A stretch of 64,000 nt of DNA from Patescibacteria group bacterium. GTDB taxonomy: Bacteria; Patescibacteriota; Patescibacteriia; PEXW01. Location: positions 137,206-201,205 of the forward strand of contig JBAYJA010000001.1 in the NCBI GenBank assembly GCA_041665345.1. Direction: 5' to 3'. The notes beneath the pieces are model-generated. The model worked only from the letters and a program-made list of their open reading frames with translations. It was not told the DNA's origin and did no database searches. Positions within the stretch are counted from its first letter, which is position 1; each line of letters begins with the position of its first letter. Made by a program: the position numbers and the translations under genes. Below, one piece after another: positions 1 to 7,569 of this stretch.

Positions 1-2
1 AT

Positions 3-908
3 TTGCAAGCCCCGCCGCCAACCAAGGGGAAGAAGGTGAAAGCTGCGCCCACGGCCGCGGAGAGTCGGTTAGATTTGTCAGACATTTCTGGCGACTCCAT
101 TCAGATGTACCTCCGAGAAATCGGGAAGGTGCCGCTGCTCCGGCCGGGTGAAGAAATAACCCTGGCCAAGCGGAAGGAAGCCGGGGAAGTGGAAGCCGAG
201 AAGAAGCTAGTGGAAGCCAACCTCCGCCTCGTGGTTTCCATTGCCAAGAAGTTCACCGGTCGCTCCCTGTCCCTTCTCGACCTCATCCAGGAAGGGAACA
301 TTGGTTTGTTCCGCGCCGTGGAAAAGTTTGACTACCGGAAGGGTTACAAGTTTTCCACGTACGCCACCTGGTGGATTCGTCAGGCCATCACCCGCGCTTT
401 GGCTGATCAATCCCGCACCATCCGCATCCCCGTGCACATGGTGGAGACTATCAACAAGTTCCAGCAGATCGAGCGTCAGCTCATCCAAGACTTGGGCCGC
501 GAGCCCCTGCCTGAAGAAATTGCCGCGGAAATGGGCGAGCCCATTGAGAAGATTCATCACATCATTAAAATCTCCCAGGAGACGGTGTCCTTGGAAACGT
601 CCGTGGGCGAAGATGATGAAGACTCTACCTTGGGTGACTTCATTGAAGACCAGAAGACCATTAGCCCCGACCGCGCCGCGGCCATGCAGATCCTGCGGGA
701 TCATGTCAGGGATATTCTGGACACCCTCAGCCCCCGCGAGCAGAAGATTTTGGAAATGCGCTTTGGTCTCAATGACGGCGTGGCGCACACCCTGGAAGAA
801 GTCGGTCAGGAATTCGGCGTGACGCGTGAGCGTATTCGGCAAATTGAAGCCAAAGCCCTGGAGCGCATCAAAGACCACGAGGTGATGAAGAAGCTGAAGG
901 ATTACTAA
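3..908 (+). CDS. rpoD: RNA polymerase sigma-70 factor RpoD/SigA, N-terminus cut by window edge
   Basis: Translation carries sigma-70 regions 2-4 ([13 protein letters not shown]; [28 protein letters not shown]). The ORF runs off the 5' edge of the window. Confidence 0.95.
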   Translation: MQAPPPTKGKKVKAAPTAAESRLDLSDISGDSIQMYLREIGKVPLLRPGEEITLAKRKEAGEVEAEKKLVEANLRLVVSIAKKFTGRSLSLLDLIQEGNIGLFRAVEKFDYRKGYKFSTYATWWIRQAITRALADQSRTIRIPVHMVETINKFQQIERQLIQDLGREPLPEEIAAEMGEPIEKIHHIIKISQETVSLETSVGEDDEDSTLGDFIEDQKTISPDRAAAMQILRDHVRDILDTLSPREQKILEMRFGLNDGVAHTLEEVGQEFGVTRERIRQIEAKALERIKDHEVMKKLKDY

Positions 909-910
909 AG

Positions 911-990
911 TTACGAATAGGGTTACGAATTACGAAAAGATACTACGAAAATACGAATGTACGAATGGGTAGGGGAAGGAAAATACGGTA
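911..990 (+). repeat. TACGAAT iteron-like repeat element E, copy 1, immediately 3' of rpoD
   Basis: ttacgaatagggttacgaattacgaaaagatactacgaaaatacgaatgtacgaatgggtagggg holds six TACGAA(T) units at 8-14 nt spacing. Confidence 0.7.
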
Positions 991-1062
991 GGCAAGATAG
1001 TACAACTTCTCCCTCGCCCTCTGAGGGAGAGGGATCAAGGGAGAGGGTCGAGGGTTGATGAT

Positions 1063-1137
1063 TCCCAGGTAGCTCAGTGGTAGAGCGATCGGCTGTTAAC
1101 CGATTGGTCGTCGGTTCGAATCCGACCCTGGGAGCCA
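1063..1137 (+). tRNA. tRNA-Asn (anticodon GTT)
   Basis: Cloverleaf folded by hand: acceptor tcccagg/cctggga, D-arm agctcagtggtagagc, anticodon stem atcgg/ccgat with loop ctGTTaa, T-arm gtcgg-ttcgaat-ccgac, discriminator g, then CCA encoded. Confidence 0.9.
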
Positions 1138-1150
1138 CCAGCCCTTTTGT
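1124..1150 (+). repeat. direct-repeat copy 1: tRNA-Asn 3' end plus 13 nt (gaccctgggagccaccagcccttttgt)
   Basis: Matches 1696-1722 (gaccctgggagctatcagtcctttttc) at 22 of 27 positions, including a 12-nt perfect core. The pair brackets the deaminase gene. Confidence 0.6.
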
Positions 1151-1176
1151 TCGATTATTTTCCATTACTTTCTGTT

Positions 1177-1671
1177 ATGGATACAAGCCCTGAAGAGACA
1201 TTCATGAATCTAGCCATTCAGGAAGCACAGATTGCCAAAGCTGGTGGTGATTTTCCTTTTGGTGCAGTGATTACACACCATGGGAAAGTTATAGCAAGTG
1301 GTCATGCAGAAAATAATGCAAAAGGTGACGCGACTGCGCATGCGGAAATGCAGGCACTTCGAAAAGCTTGCACATTGTTGGGAACACATAATTTACGTGA
1401 TTGTACTATCTATTCAACTCATGAGCCTTGTATCATGTGTGCTGCGGCAATTTTTCAAGCAAAAATCCCGAAAGTTTTTTTCGGTGCTACAAGAGAGGAT
1501 TTACCTTGGCTCATGCGAGCCCGCAAGGTTCGAATCGACGATCTAGCGAAGGATTCAAATTTTTCAATCCAAATTGTTCAAGGAATCCTTAAAGATAAAG
1601 TTTTAGAATTATTTGTAGATTTAGAAGCAAAGTTCAGTTCGAATCAAGAGCGACTTCAGAAATTGAAGTAG
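1177..1671 (+). CDS. CDA-fold nucleoside/nucleotide deaminase (TadA/GuaD-like)
   Basis: Zinc-binding motifs HAE(MQALR) and PCIMC(AAA) match the cytidine/deoxycytidylate deaminase superfamily. Start moved to ATG 1177 because the ORF-track start at 1147 abuts the tRNA. The gene is AT-rich. Confidence 0.8.
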   Translation: MDTSPEETFMNLAIQEAQIAKAGGDFPFGAVITHHGKVIASGHAENNAKGDATAHAEMQALRKACTLLGTHNLRDCTIYSTHEPCIMCAAAIFQAKIPKVFFGATREDLPWLMRARKVRIDDLAKDSNFSIQIVQGILKDKVLELFVDLEAKFSSNQERLQKLK

Positions 1672-1695
1672 ATACTGATCGTCCCGCCACGGCGG

Positions 1696-1722
1696 GACCC
1701 TGGGAGCTATCAGTCCTTTTTC
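1696..1722 (+). repeat. direct-repeat copy 2 of the tRNA-Asn 3' end
   Basis: See copy 1. Lies just downstream of the deaminase stop codon and the hairpin gtcccgccacggcgggac. Confidence 0.6.
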
Positions 1723-1842
1723 CATAGTCTGCGTTTGCAGGGTTGTAACCGGATTGGAACGTCGTTGGTTGCTTTTTTGGATGTTGCAACGAGAATATTA
1801 TTGGAGTAAGCTAATGAATGCTCGATCTAGAAACAATTTTTT

Positions 1843-2283
1843 ATGGAAGCAAATAATTTTGAGAAACGAGAGTCACCTGTTTCTTCAATGAAAGCAAAAG
1901 AGTACTACCTCGCAGACGCAGAGCATGTAGATCGGAGTAAATTTAGAATGGACATTCTACGGTGCGCCCGTGAGCAGGGAGTTCCTGTTTCAACAGTTCT
2001 CGCAAGTTTTTTTGAAAATGGGCAGTTTACCAAAAAGGAAATGGGTACGTTTGCTTTAAATACTTCCTCTAGCGGGAATCTTGTGGAAGGGGCTGTGGCG
2101 CTGATGCACGCGCTTGGTGTCACGGAGGAAACCGCAGAAACGATGCGTATTTTGGAGGACTACATTGGGGTTAGCGAAACTGACCCACAAACCTGGGGCG
2201 CGTCGTGGGTAATTGATAGTGCAATGAATTGGCCACCAGGGACAAGTCTTGCTAGTTCACGAGCTCAGCTGGCAAAGCTGTAA
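1843..2283 (+). CDS. hypothetical protein (moderately low GC)
   Basis: 146-aa ORF with no motif I recognise. No clear SD sequence. About 46% GC. Confidence 0.4.
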   Translation: MEANNFEKRESPVSSMKAKEYYLADAEHVDRSKFRMDILRCAREQGVPVSTVLASFFENGQFTKKEMGTFALNTSSSGNLVEGAVALMHALGVTEETAETMRILEDYIGVSETDPQTWGASWVIDSAMNWPPGTSLASSRAQLAKL

Positions 2284-2558
2284 GCGAACGTCAATATTTT
2301 TGAATTTTAGCGTATACCCTTATCTGAAAAGGAGGGTTATCGGTTTGCCCGAGCCAGCATCTGTGCTCAAATGGAGAATCTCGAAGCGAAGCGAGATTCT
2401 GCTGAATGGCGGGACGGGCTTCTTCCAGGCCAGAGGTCGGAGCTAAAATGTGAAACGTCATCGGTTGCTTTCTGCATCCCAAAAAAAATGGTGGTATCGA
2501 CCAGTGTCGTTTTTTCTGCTACAGTGAATGACTCATTTCCCTTTCGATAACGTAAAGT

Positions 2559-3572
2559 ATGCGTACCAAAATTATTGCCACCCTGGGTCCAAAATCGGAG
2601 AGTCCGGAAGTCATTGCGCAGCTGGTGAAAGCTGGCATGGACATTGCCCGGATGAACTTTAGCCACTGCACGTACGATGAGTACCTGGCGCGGACCAAGC
2701 ACTTACGTGCTATCCAAAAGGAAGTTGGCCGACCCATCAAGATTATGCAAGACCTCCGCGGTCCCCGGTTACGCGTGAGCAATGTACCCAAAGATGGTTT
2801 GGAGTTGACCCACGGCATGATGGTGACGTTTTCTACCAGCACCAAAGATACCAAGGCATTGCATGTCAGTGATCCACATTTGCACAAGGACATTTCGGTT
2901 GATGATCCACTTTTCCTGGTCAATGGCGCGGTTGAACTCACTGTACGGAAGGTGACCGGTACTACTATCCAGGCTGAGGTGATCCACGGGGGCCGGATTT
3001 TTGAGAACACTGCAGTCAACGTGCCCAACACTCGTCTCACCACAGCTGGGTTAACGGCGAAGGATAAAGAGGATGTCCGTTTTGCCTTGGAGCACGGTGT
3101 GGATTACATTGCACTTTCCTTTGTCCAATCCGCAAAGGATGTTGAGGATTTGCGGAAGTTGGTGGGCACAAAAGCCAAGATTATTGCCAAGATCGAACGC
3201 CGAGTTGCCTTGGCGGACATTGATAGCATTATTCAAGCCGCAGACGGCATTATGGTGGCGCGAGGAGATTTGGGTACAGAAATGCCGGTGGAAGAAGTTC
3301 CGTTCATCCAGAAGAATCTCATTCGCCATGCTGCCTGGCACCGGAAGCCCTGCATTGTCGCCACGCAAATGCTGTTCAGCATGGTGGACACGCCGCATCC
3401 CACGCGCGCCGAAGTGTCCGACATTGCCAATGCCGTGTGGGAAGCAGCCGATGCGGTCATGCTTTCTGACGAAACTGCTTCCGGTCTGTACCCAGTGCAG
3501 GCGCTGCAGACCATGGCCAAAGTGGTGAAGCGTGCAGAGCACTTCCGCTACCAGACCGAGAATTTGCTGTAA
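2559..3572 (+). CDS. pyk: pyruvate kinase, short form lacking the C-terminal regulatory domain
   Basis: MRTKIIATLGP..NFSHC..MVARGDLG..ATQMLFSM..MLSDETASG match pyruvate kinase barrel motifs. Only 337 aa against about 470 typical. Confidence 0.9.
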   Translation: MRTKIIATLGPKSESPEVIAQLVKAGMDIARMNFSHCTYDEYLARTKHLRAIQKEVGRPIKIMQDLRGPRLRVSNVPKDGLELTHGMMVTFSTSTKDTKALHVSDPHLHKDISVDDPLFLVNGAVELTVRKVTGTTIQAEVIHGGRIFENTAVNVPNTRLTTAGLTAKDKEDVRFALEHGVDYIALSFVQSAKDVEDLRKLVGTKAKIIAKIERRVALADIDSIIQAADGIMVARGDLGTEMPVEEVPFIQKNLIRHAAWHRKPCIVATQMLFSMVDTPHPTRAEVSDIANAVWEAADAVMLSDETASGLYPVQALQTMAKVVKRAEHFRYQTENLL

Positions 3573-3679
3573 GATCGGCTTTGAGGAAGCTCATTGGAGC
3601 ACTTCGGTGTTTCTTTTTGTAAACCTCAATATTTGCTACCATTATCTCAACATAGAGAATCAGTAAAATTGGAGGAAAC

Positions 3680-3856
3680 ATGGTTTTGTACATTGCCTGT
3701 GGTCTGTGCCTCATTGGCCTGGGTATTCTCGCCTGGGGATATGCTAGTCTCCAGAAGAGTACATCTTTCAGAGAGTTCTTTCAGTCTCGGGCTGACAAGA
3801 AAATGATCTTTGGTGTCTGCATCGCGGTGGCTGGTTTACTTATCATGCCCCACTAG
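3680..3856 (+). CDS. small membrane protein (58 aa), absent from the ORF track
   Basis: ATG 3680 follows a GGAGG SD at 3671-3675. MVLYIACGLCLIGLGILAWGY...MIFGVCIAVAGLLIMPH gives two hydrophobic helices. Confidence 0.5.
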   Translation: MVLYIACGLCLIGLGILAWGYASLQKSTSFREFFQSRADKKMIFGVCIAVAGLLIMPH

Positions 3857-3867
3857 GAGGCGTAATC

Positions 3868-3891
3868 AGGAGCACTTCGGTGCTCCTTTTC
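3868..3891 (+). terminator. UUCG-tetraloop hairpin (ggagcac-ttcg-gtgctcc) plus T-run; first unit of the terminator-promoter cassette family
   Basis: Perfect 7-bp stem with ttcg loop, followed by tttt. Confidence 0.7.
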
Positions 3892-3897
3892 TTATCC

Positions 3898-3925
3898 TTG
3901 ACATTTGCCAAGCGTATGGTAGGGT
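3898..3925 (+). promoter_or_regulatory. sigma-70-like promoter (cTTGACAttt ... TAGGGT)
   Basis: TTGACA at 3898-3903, 16-17 nt spacer, TAnnnT -10. The same CTTGACATTT box recurs at 4280, 5967 and 7031. Confidence 0.5.
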
Positions 3926-3959
3926 ATTTTGAAAGAATAAATATACAAAGGAGTTTGAC

Positions 3960-4124
3960 ATGCCACAGCATTGGACGACGGATATTAGCAAGCGCGCATT
4001 TTCCATCGCCTTCCAAGCCGCGGAAAAAGTTTGGAAGCAGACAGGAGATTTTGAGGCATACAATGAAAGCTTCGAACGCGAGTACCAAGAAGCTCTTTCC
4101 ATGCTCGCCGGAGGTGGGCGGTAG
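3960..4124 (+). CDS. small hypothetical protein (54 aa)
   Basis: ATG 3960 follows an AAAGGAG SD. MPQHWTTDISKRAFSIAFQAAEKVWKQ... Lies downstream of the promoter at 3898. Confidence 0.4.
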   Translation: MPQHWTTDISKRAFSIAFQAAEKVWKQTGDFEAYNESFEREYQEALSMLAGGGR

Positions 4125-4250
4125 CAGAGTGATCGTATTGCTTAGTAGATTTTTACCCTCGTGAGGATGAGGCGGTCCATTTCAAGGAGGAGTTTCATGC
4201 ATTTCTGGAAGGCATATACTCCTAAGCGCTTTGGTTTGTAAACGTTCATT

Positions 4251-4273
4251 GGAGCACTTCGGTGCTCCTTTTT
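4251..4273 (+). terminator. UUCG-tetraloop hairpin plus T-run (cassette copy 2)
   Basis: tcattggagcacttcggtgctccttttt. The same 19 nt (tcattggagcacttcggtg) occurs at 3591-3609. Confidence 0.7.
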
Positions 4274-4279
4274 CTATTC

Positions 4280-4308
4280 TTGACATTTGTTCCAAGAGGT
4301 GGTAGGTT
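4280..4308 (+). promoter_or_regulatory. promoter cTTGACAtttg-17-TAGGTT; would give a leaderless or near-leaderless transcript for the 4318 gene
   Basis: The -10 ends about 9 nt before ATG 4318. Confidence 0.5.
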
Positions 4309-4317
4309 CTGACCAAC

Positions 4318-4722
4318 ATGTCCCTCGATTGGGAAATGCAACACAAACAATCAAGCCAGGAGGAAAAATTGGCAAAACAGGCAAAACCGATCTTCGAATT
4401 TACCGGCGAGCAGCTGTGCAATGTCATCGACAAGGGGCTCGGAGAACTTGGTGACAAAATTGTCGAACTGGTCAAAAAAGGCAGCGCGATTCGCGTTCGT
4501 CTCATCGCACCAGACGGTGATCAGAAATTTGAAACCACGCTGACCCTCGGGCTGGTATGGATTCTTCCAGGATTGCTTTTCGCCTCAATTTTTACGGCAA
4601 TCGCGCTCATTGTCGCCTCAACAGCCATTGCCTTGAGCGAATACCGACTCGTCTTTGAGGAAATGGTGGATGTCCCAGACGAGAAACCTGCTGAACCGGC
4701 AAAAGAGCAGCCGACGGCGTAA
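4318..4722 (+). CDS. hypothetical protein with a C-terminal transmembrane segment
   Basis: 134 aa. Charged N-terminal part, then LGLVWILPGLLFASIFTAIALIVASTAIAL, then an acidic tail. Confidence 0.6.
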   Translation: MSLDWEMQHKQSSQEEKLAKQAKPIFEFTGEQLCNVIDKGLGELGDKIVELVKKGSAIRVRLIAPDGDQKFETTLTLGLVWILPGLLFASIFTAIALIVASTAIALSEYRLVFEEMVDVPDEKPAEPAKEQPTA

Positions 4723-4744
4723 CGCCCAAACGCACATTTTTTTC

Positions 4745-4769
4745 AGGAGGTCAGTACTGACCTCCTTTT
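4745..4769 (+). terminator. hairpin aggaggtcagtactgacctcct plus tttt; TTGACA at 4774-4779 follows
   Basis: 6-bp perfect stem plus T-run. Confidence 0.65.
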
Positions 4770-4840
4770 GTATTTGACAAAAGTTTGTTTCACCGTGAAG
4801 ATACAAGACAAAGAAAACGCTTTTTGAAAAAGGAGAGTTT

Positions 4841-5902
4841 GTGAGTATCACGATGAAAGACCATTTGCAGGGAAGCTTGCTGGGGGTTCGCATTGGCGAC
4901 GCACTGGGTATGCCGGTGGAAACCATGTCACCGGCAGAAATTTTAGCGGCTACGGATGGTAAAGGTGTAACGGGATTTTTAGATGCCATTCAGACAAAGT
5001 ATCCCGATCAAGCTATGCTCAAAAAGGGTGATCCAACCGATGACTGGCAGTTTAATCGGATTGTCGCTAAGTCGCTGATTGCTTGTAGGGGTTACAACCA
5101 AGCAGATATGGCGCGTCGGCACGTGGCTGAAAAAGACGTGAATATGATCGGCTGGGGGAAAACCACACGGTCGGCCACCATGGAATTGGCAACCTATTTT
5201 GCCAGCGGAGGCCAGTATGGTCGAGATCCGAACAATTTGCCCGAAGCTAAACCCGATTTTGGTGGCGGGAACGGCGTGGGTATGAAAGTATTTTCACTTC
5301 CCTCGGCAATCCTCGCCGCGGAATATGGTGCCCAGTACCGTTACCCAGAGTACACGTTGTTCCGTTGGGTCGAGCAGCTGACCATGTTAACGCATAGTCA
5401 TAGTGACGCATTTTTTACCGCGTACGCATTGGCGGTTGCGTTTGATGCTTGTGTTCGTGATGCAGTTTATACGTCATCGGATGCGCAACGGCTGCTCCAA
5501 AAAATCGATTTCGAACTTGCTAAAGTTGAAAATGCATCGCGCTATCGAGACGTAAGTGCAACACGCAAACAGATTGGCCGTCTGATGTATTGCATTGGTA
5601 ACCCCGGTAAAGTCACTGAAAATTTCCCTCCATATGGGTTAGCGATTCAGTCTGTACCCTTTGCTTTAGGCATTTTTCTCACCTATCCTGGGGATGCGCG
5701 GAAAGCATTGTTGACCTGTGTAAATGCTGGGTACGATTGCGACACCACGGCAGCCATGTGCGGCAGCCTCCTTGGCGCGAATGGGGGAGTGGAGGCATTC
5801 CCGGCAGAGTGGCGGAACTTCCGACCCGACTTCCAGGAACCGCTGGAGTTGGGCGAAAGATTGTACCAAGCTTTTGCTCGGACGTCCCAACAAACCTCGT
5901 AA
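4841..5902 (+). CDS. ADP-ribosylglycohydrolase family protein (DraG/ARH-like)
   Basis: G(VRI)GDALGMPVE near the N-terminus and CDTTAAMCGSLLGANGG near the C-terminus are the two hallmark Mg-binding motifs. GTG start is 5 nt after an AGGAG SD. Confidence 0.85.
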   Translation: MSITMKDHLQGSLLGVRIGDALGMPVETMSPAEILAATDGKGVTGFLDAIQTKYPDQAMLKKGDPTDDWQFNRIVAKSLIACRGYNQADMARRHVAEKDVNMIGWGKTTRSATMELATYFASGGQYGRDPNNLPEAKPDFGGGNGVGMKVFSLPSAILAAEYGAQYRYPEYTLFRWVEQLTMLTHSHSDAFFTAYALAVAFDACVRDAVYTSSDAQRLLQKIDFELAKVENASRYRDVSATRKQIGRLMYCIGNPGKVTENFPPYGLAIQSVPFALGIFLTYPGDARKALLTCVNAGYDCDTTAAMCGSLLGANGGVEAFPAEWRNFRPDFQEPLELGERLYQAFARTSQQTS

Positions 5903-5926
5903 TTTGAAACTCTTGCACTTTGCATT

Positions 5927-5958
5927 CCACCCCTTGGGAAACTGAGGGGTGGTTTTTT
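5927..5958 (+). terminator. hairpin ccacccc-ttgggaaactga-ggggtgg plus tttttt
   Basis: 7-bp GC stem with a T6 run. Confidence 0.7.
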
Positions 5959-5966
5959 GTTTGGGC

Positions 5967-5995
5967 TTGACATTTCCTCCATTATTCGCTAGTGT
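5967..5995 (+). promoter_or_regulatory. promoter gggcTTGACAtttcc-17-TAGTGT
   Basis: Same GGGCTTGACA box as at 8704-8712 and 7704-7712. Confidence 0.5.
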
Positions 5996-6235
5996 ATTCC
6001 TTCGTGTTTCTGTACACTGTTTGGAGGTAGCTGAAGGCTCTTTTCCAATTTGCAGCGTTGAACCCAGAGTTGTGGTGGCTGGTGCCAGCATGGCTCTGGG
6101 TTCAAGTAGGTCAGCCGTAGGAAGGAGGCTTGAGACATCGGCCATCGACTTTTTGCCGCCCAGAAACAAGAAGTTTCTATTTGGTTGAAGTCCTGCGTTG
6201 CGCAGGCAGAAATCCAAAACCGTTAGGAGTTTACA
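5996..6235 (+). promoter_or_regulatory. about 240-nt structured 5' leader of the 6236 gene; candidate cis-regulatory RNA
   Basis: Non-coding stretch between the promoter and an AGGAG-preceded start. Contains a nested inverted repeat, gaacccagag...ctggtgccag...ctctgggttc, at 6060-6103. Confidence 0.35.
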
Positions 6236-6940
6236 ATGCAGCAATCAGTACTTGGGGGCTCAGTCTCTTTATCCGTGGTCGTCCATGGGAAAGAAGTTCG
6301 GGAGATTTTCCATGAGGAGAAAATGTTCATCGAGGCCCACCTCGGATCACGTTTTTCGCTTCGGATTAGCAATAATTCCCCGAAGCGCGTGCTCGCCGTT
6401 ATCACAGTCGATGGCCTGTCCGTCATGGATGGGAAAGTCGGCAAATTTGACTCAAGCGGTTATGTGTTGAGTCCGTGGAGTAGTCACGACATCCCAGGTT
6501 GGCGTCTGAGTGATGCTGCCGTCGCGAAGTTCTTCTTCGGCACACTCGACCAGGCGTATGCCACCCAGATGGATGCACCCACGAACATCGGCGTTATCGG
6601 ATGTGCAGTCTTCAACGAACCCGATAGAACGGCTTTCCGCCCACATGTCTTGTATAGCAAGGGACGGGATAGTGCACCTCAAACTTTCGGTGCCTTCAAT
6701 TCTTCCCTTGAAGGTCAGGGTACGGGCGTTGGTTTTGGTGAAGAAGCCACACACCATGTCGGCCGGACAACGTTCAATAAACTTCTGGAGCCGTCAGCCA
6801 TTTTCGCGATTTACTATGATACGCGGGAAAAACTGATTCAGAAGGGTGTGCCGGTGGACAAGCCGACTGTCGCCGTCGCTAACCCATTTCCGGGACAACC
6901 TGGATACTGTACTCCGCCGAAGAATTGGCCTCGCAGCTAG
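6236..6940 (+). CDS. hypothetical protein
   Basis: 234-aa ORF. SD ttaggag 8 nt upstream. No motif I recognise. Confidence 0.6.
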   Translation: MQQSVLGGSVSLSVVVHGKEVREIFHEEKMFIEAHLGSRFSLRISNNSPKRVLAVITVDGLSVMDGKVGKFDSSGYVLSPWSSHDIPGWRLSDAAVAKFFFGTLDQAYATQMDAPTNIGVIGCAVFNEPDRTAFRPHVLYSKGRDSAPQTFGAFNSSLEGQGTGVGFGEEATHHVGRTTFNKLLEPSAIFAIYYDTREKLIQKGVPVDKPTVAVANPFPGQPGYCTPPKNWPRS

Positions 6941-6975
6941 ACTGAACTTCCACGCTGCAAATTATGTACTTTCAA

Positions 6976-7001
6976 GGAGTCGCTTCGGCGACTCCTTTTT
7001 T
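6976..7001 (+). terminator. UUCG-tetraloop hairpin ggagtcgc-ttcg-gcgactcc plus tttttt (cassette copy 3)
   Basis: Perfect 8-bp stem. Confidence 0.75.
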
Positions 7002-7030
7002 GTATGGCATCAAATTCAAAATCCCTGATC

Positions 7031-7058
7031 TTGACATTTTCCGCAACGTTTGCTATTG
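7031..7058 (+). promoter_or_regulatory. promoter cTTGACAtttt-16-TATTGT
   Basis: Good -35 and -10 boxes. Precedes the 7102 gene. Confidence 0.55.
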
Positions 7059-7101
7059 TTATTCGTCAAATATAAAAATCAATACTTACAGGAGGTCTAT
7101 T

Positions 7102-7527
7102 GTGGCCGTACATTCATTAACAACAACCATACAGTTTGTCCAATGTGACTTTTGTGGAAGTGTGTACCACGACCACGAGAGCGCAAGAATCCATCATTGC
7201 ATGGCAGGTGACCCACCGCTCCCAGAAAATTTTCATGAAGGGGATACGGTTGTGGCCAGGCTGAAGCTTGGTTCCGGCTTGGAACATGTAGGGTTTGAAA
7301 GAGGAGAATGTAAGATTCTGCGCTTTCAAAAGCCCAATGCGGCCTATCCGTGGCAGCCGAAGTTCAATTTCGGTGGACTTGAAAGTCCGCCTACGGTACC
7401 TCATGAATGGCTCGTGGTTGTCCAACCAATTGGGAAACCAAAAAAAGAAGGGGCACACTTCCTGAGCCAAGAAGTCATTCGGGTGAGCTGCTTAGAGTTG
7501 AAGCCCGACGATAAAAGTCACAAGTGA
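7102..7527 (+). CDS. small protein with a C2H2/zinc-ribbon-like Cys/His cluster
   Basis: GTG 7102 follows an AGGAGG SD. CDFCGSVYHDHESARIHHC. The ORF-track start at 6964 was rejected because it spans the terminator and promoter. Confidence 0.6.
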   Translation: MAVHSLTTTIQFVQCDFCGSVYHDHESARIHHCMAGDPPLPENFHEGDTVVARLKLGSGLEHVGFERGECKILRFQKPNAAYPWQPKFNFGGLESPPTVPHEWLVVVQPIGKPKKEGAHFLSQEVIRVSCLELKPDDKSHK

Positions 7528-7542
7528 GTTTTGAACCTATCA

Positions 7543-7569
7543 AGGAGTCGTTTCGGCGACTCCTTTTTC
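7543..7569 (+). terminator. UUCG-tetraloop hairpin aggagtcg-tttcg-gcgactcct plus ttttt (cassette copy 4)
   Basis: Near-identical to the 6976 hairpin. Confidence 0.7.

Larger units (their letters stand above)
1138..1722 (+). mobile_element. tRNA-Asn-associated low-GC islet (remnant integrated element) carrying only a deaminase gene
   Basis: Bounded by an imperfect 27-nt duplication of the tRNA 3' end (attL/attR-like). GC is about 40% against about 58% in rpoD. No integrase is present. Confidence 0.45.

Noticed and set aside
207-878. Antisense and alternative-frame ORFs overlapping rpoD (207..878 -, 241..822 +). The same pattern recurs across the track, e.g. 5666..6244 -, 36530..37324 -, 45359..46435 -, 52056..52982 -, 30405..31007 -, 31586..32320 -.
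   Set aside because: They lie entirely within strongly supported genes on the other strand or frame and have no SD or motif support. They are typical shadow ORFs of GC-rich coding sequence.
911-990. Possible CRISPR array suggested by the periodic TACGAAT and GCYRTAAR repeats.
   Set aside because: Repeat units are only 7-8 nt with no uniform spacers. Arrays are under 80 nt, and no cas genes are present.
2249-2446. 65-aa ORF and a 33-codon TTG-initiated frame following an AAAGGAGGG box at 2330-2338.
   Set aside because: Too short, no conservation evidence, and it lies in low-complexity intergenic sequence.
1138-2500. Complete prophage or integrative element at tRNA-Asn.
   Set aside because: No integrase, excisionase or structural genes are present. 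Only a deaminase and one hypothetical ORF lie within the low-GC segment, so it is called a decayed islet.
6964-7527. ORF-track start at 6964 for the Zn-finger gene.
   Set aside because: That extension reads through an intrinsic terminator (6976-7001) and a promoter (7031-7058). The GTG at 7102 has a perfect AGGAGG SD.
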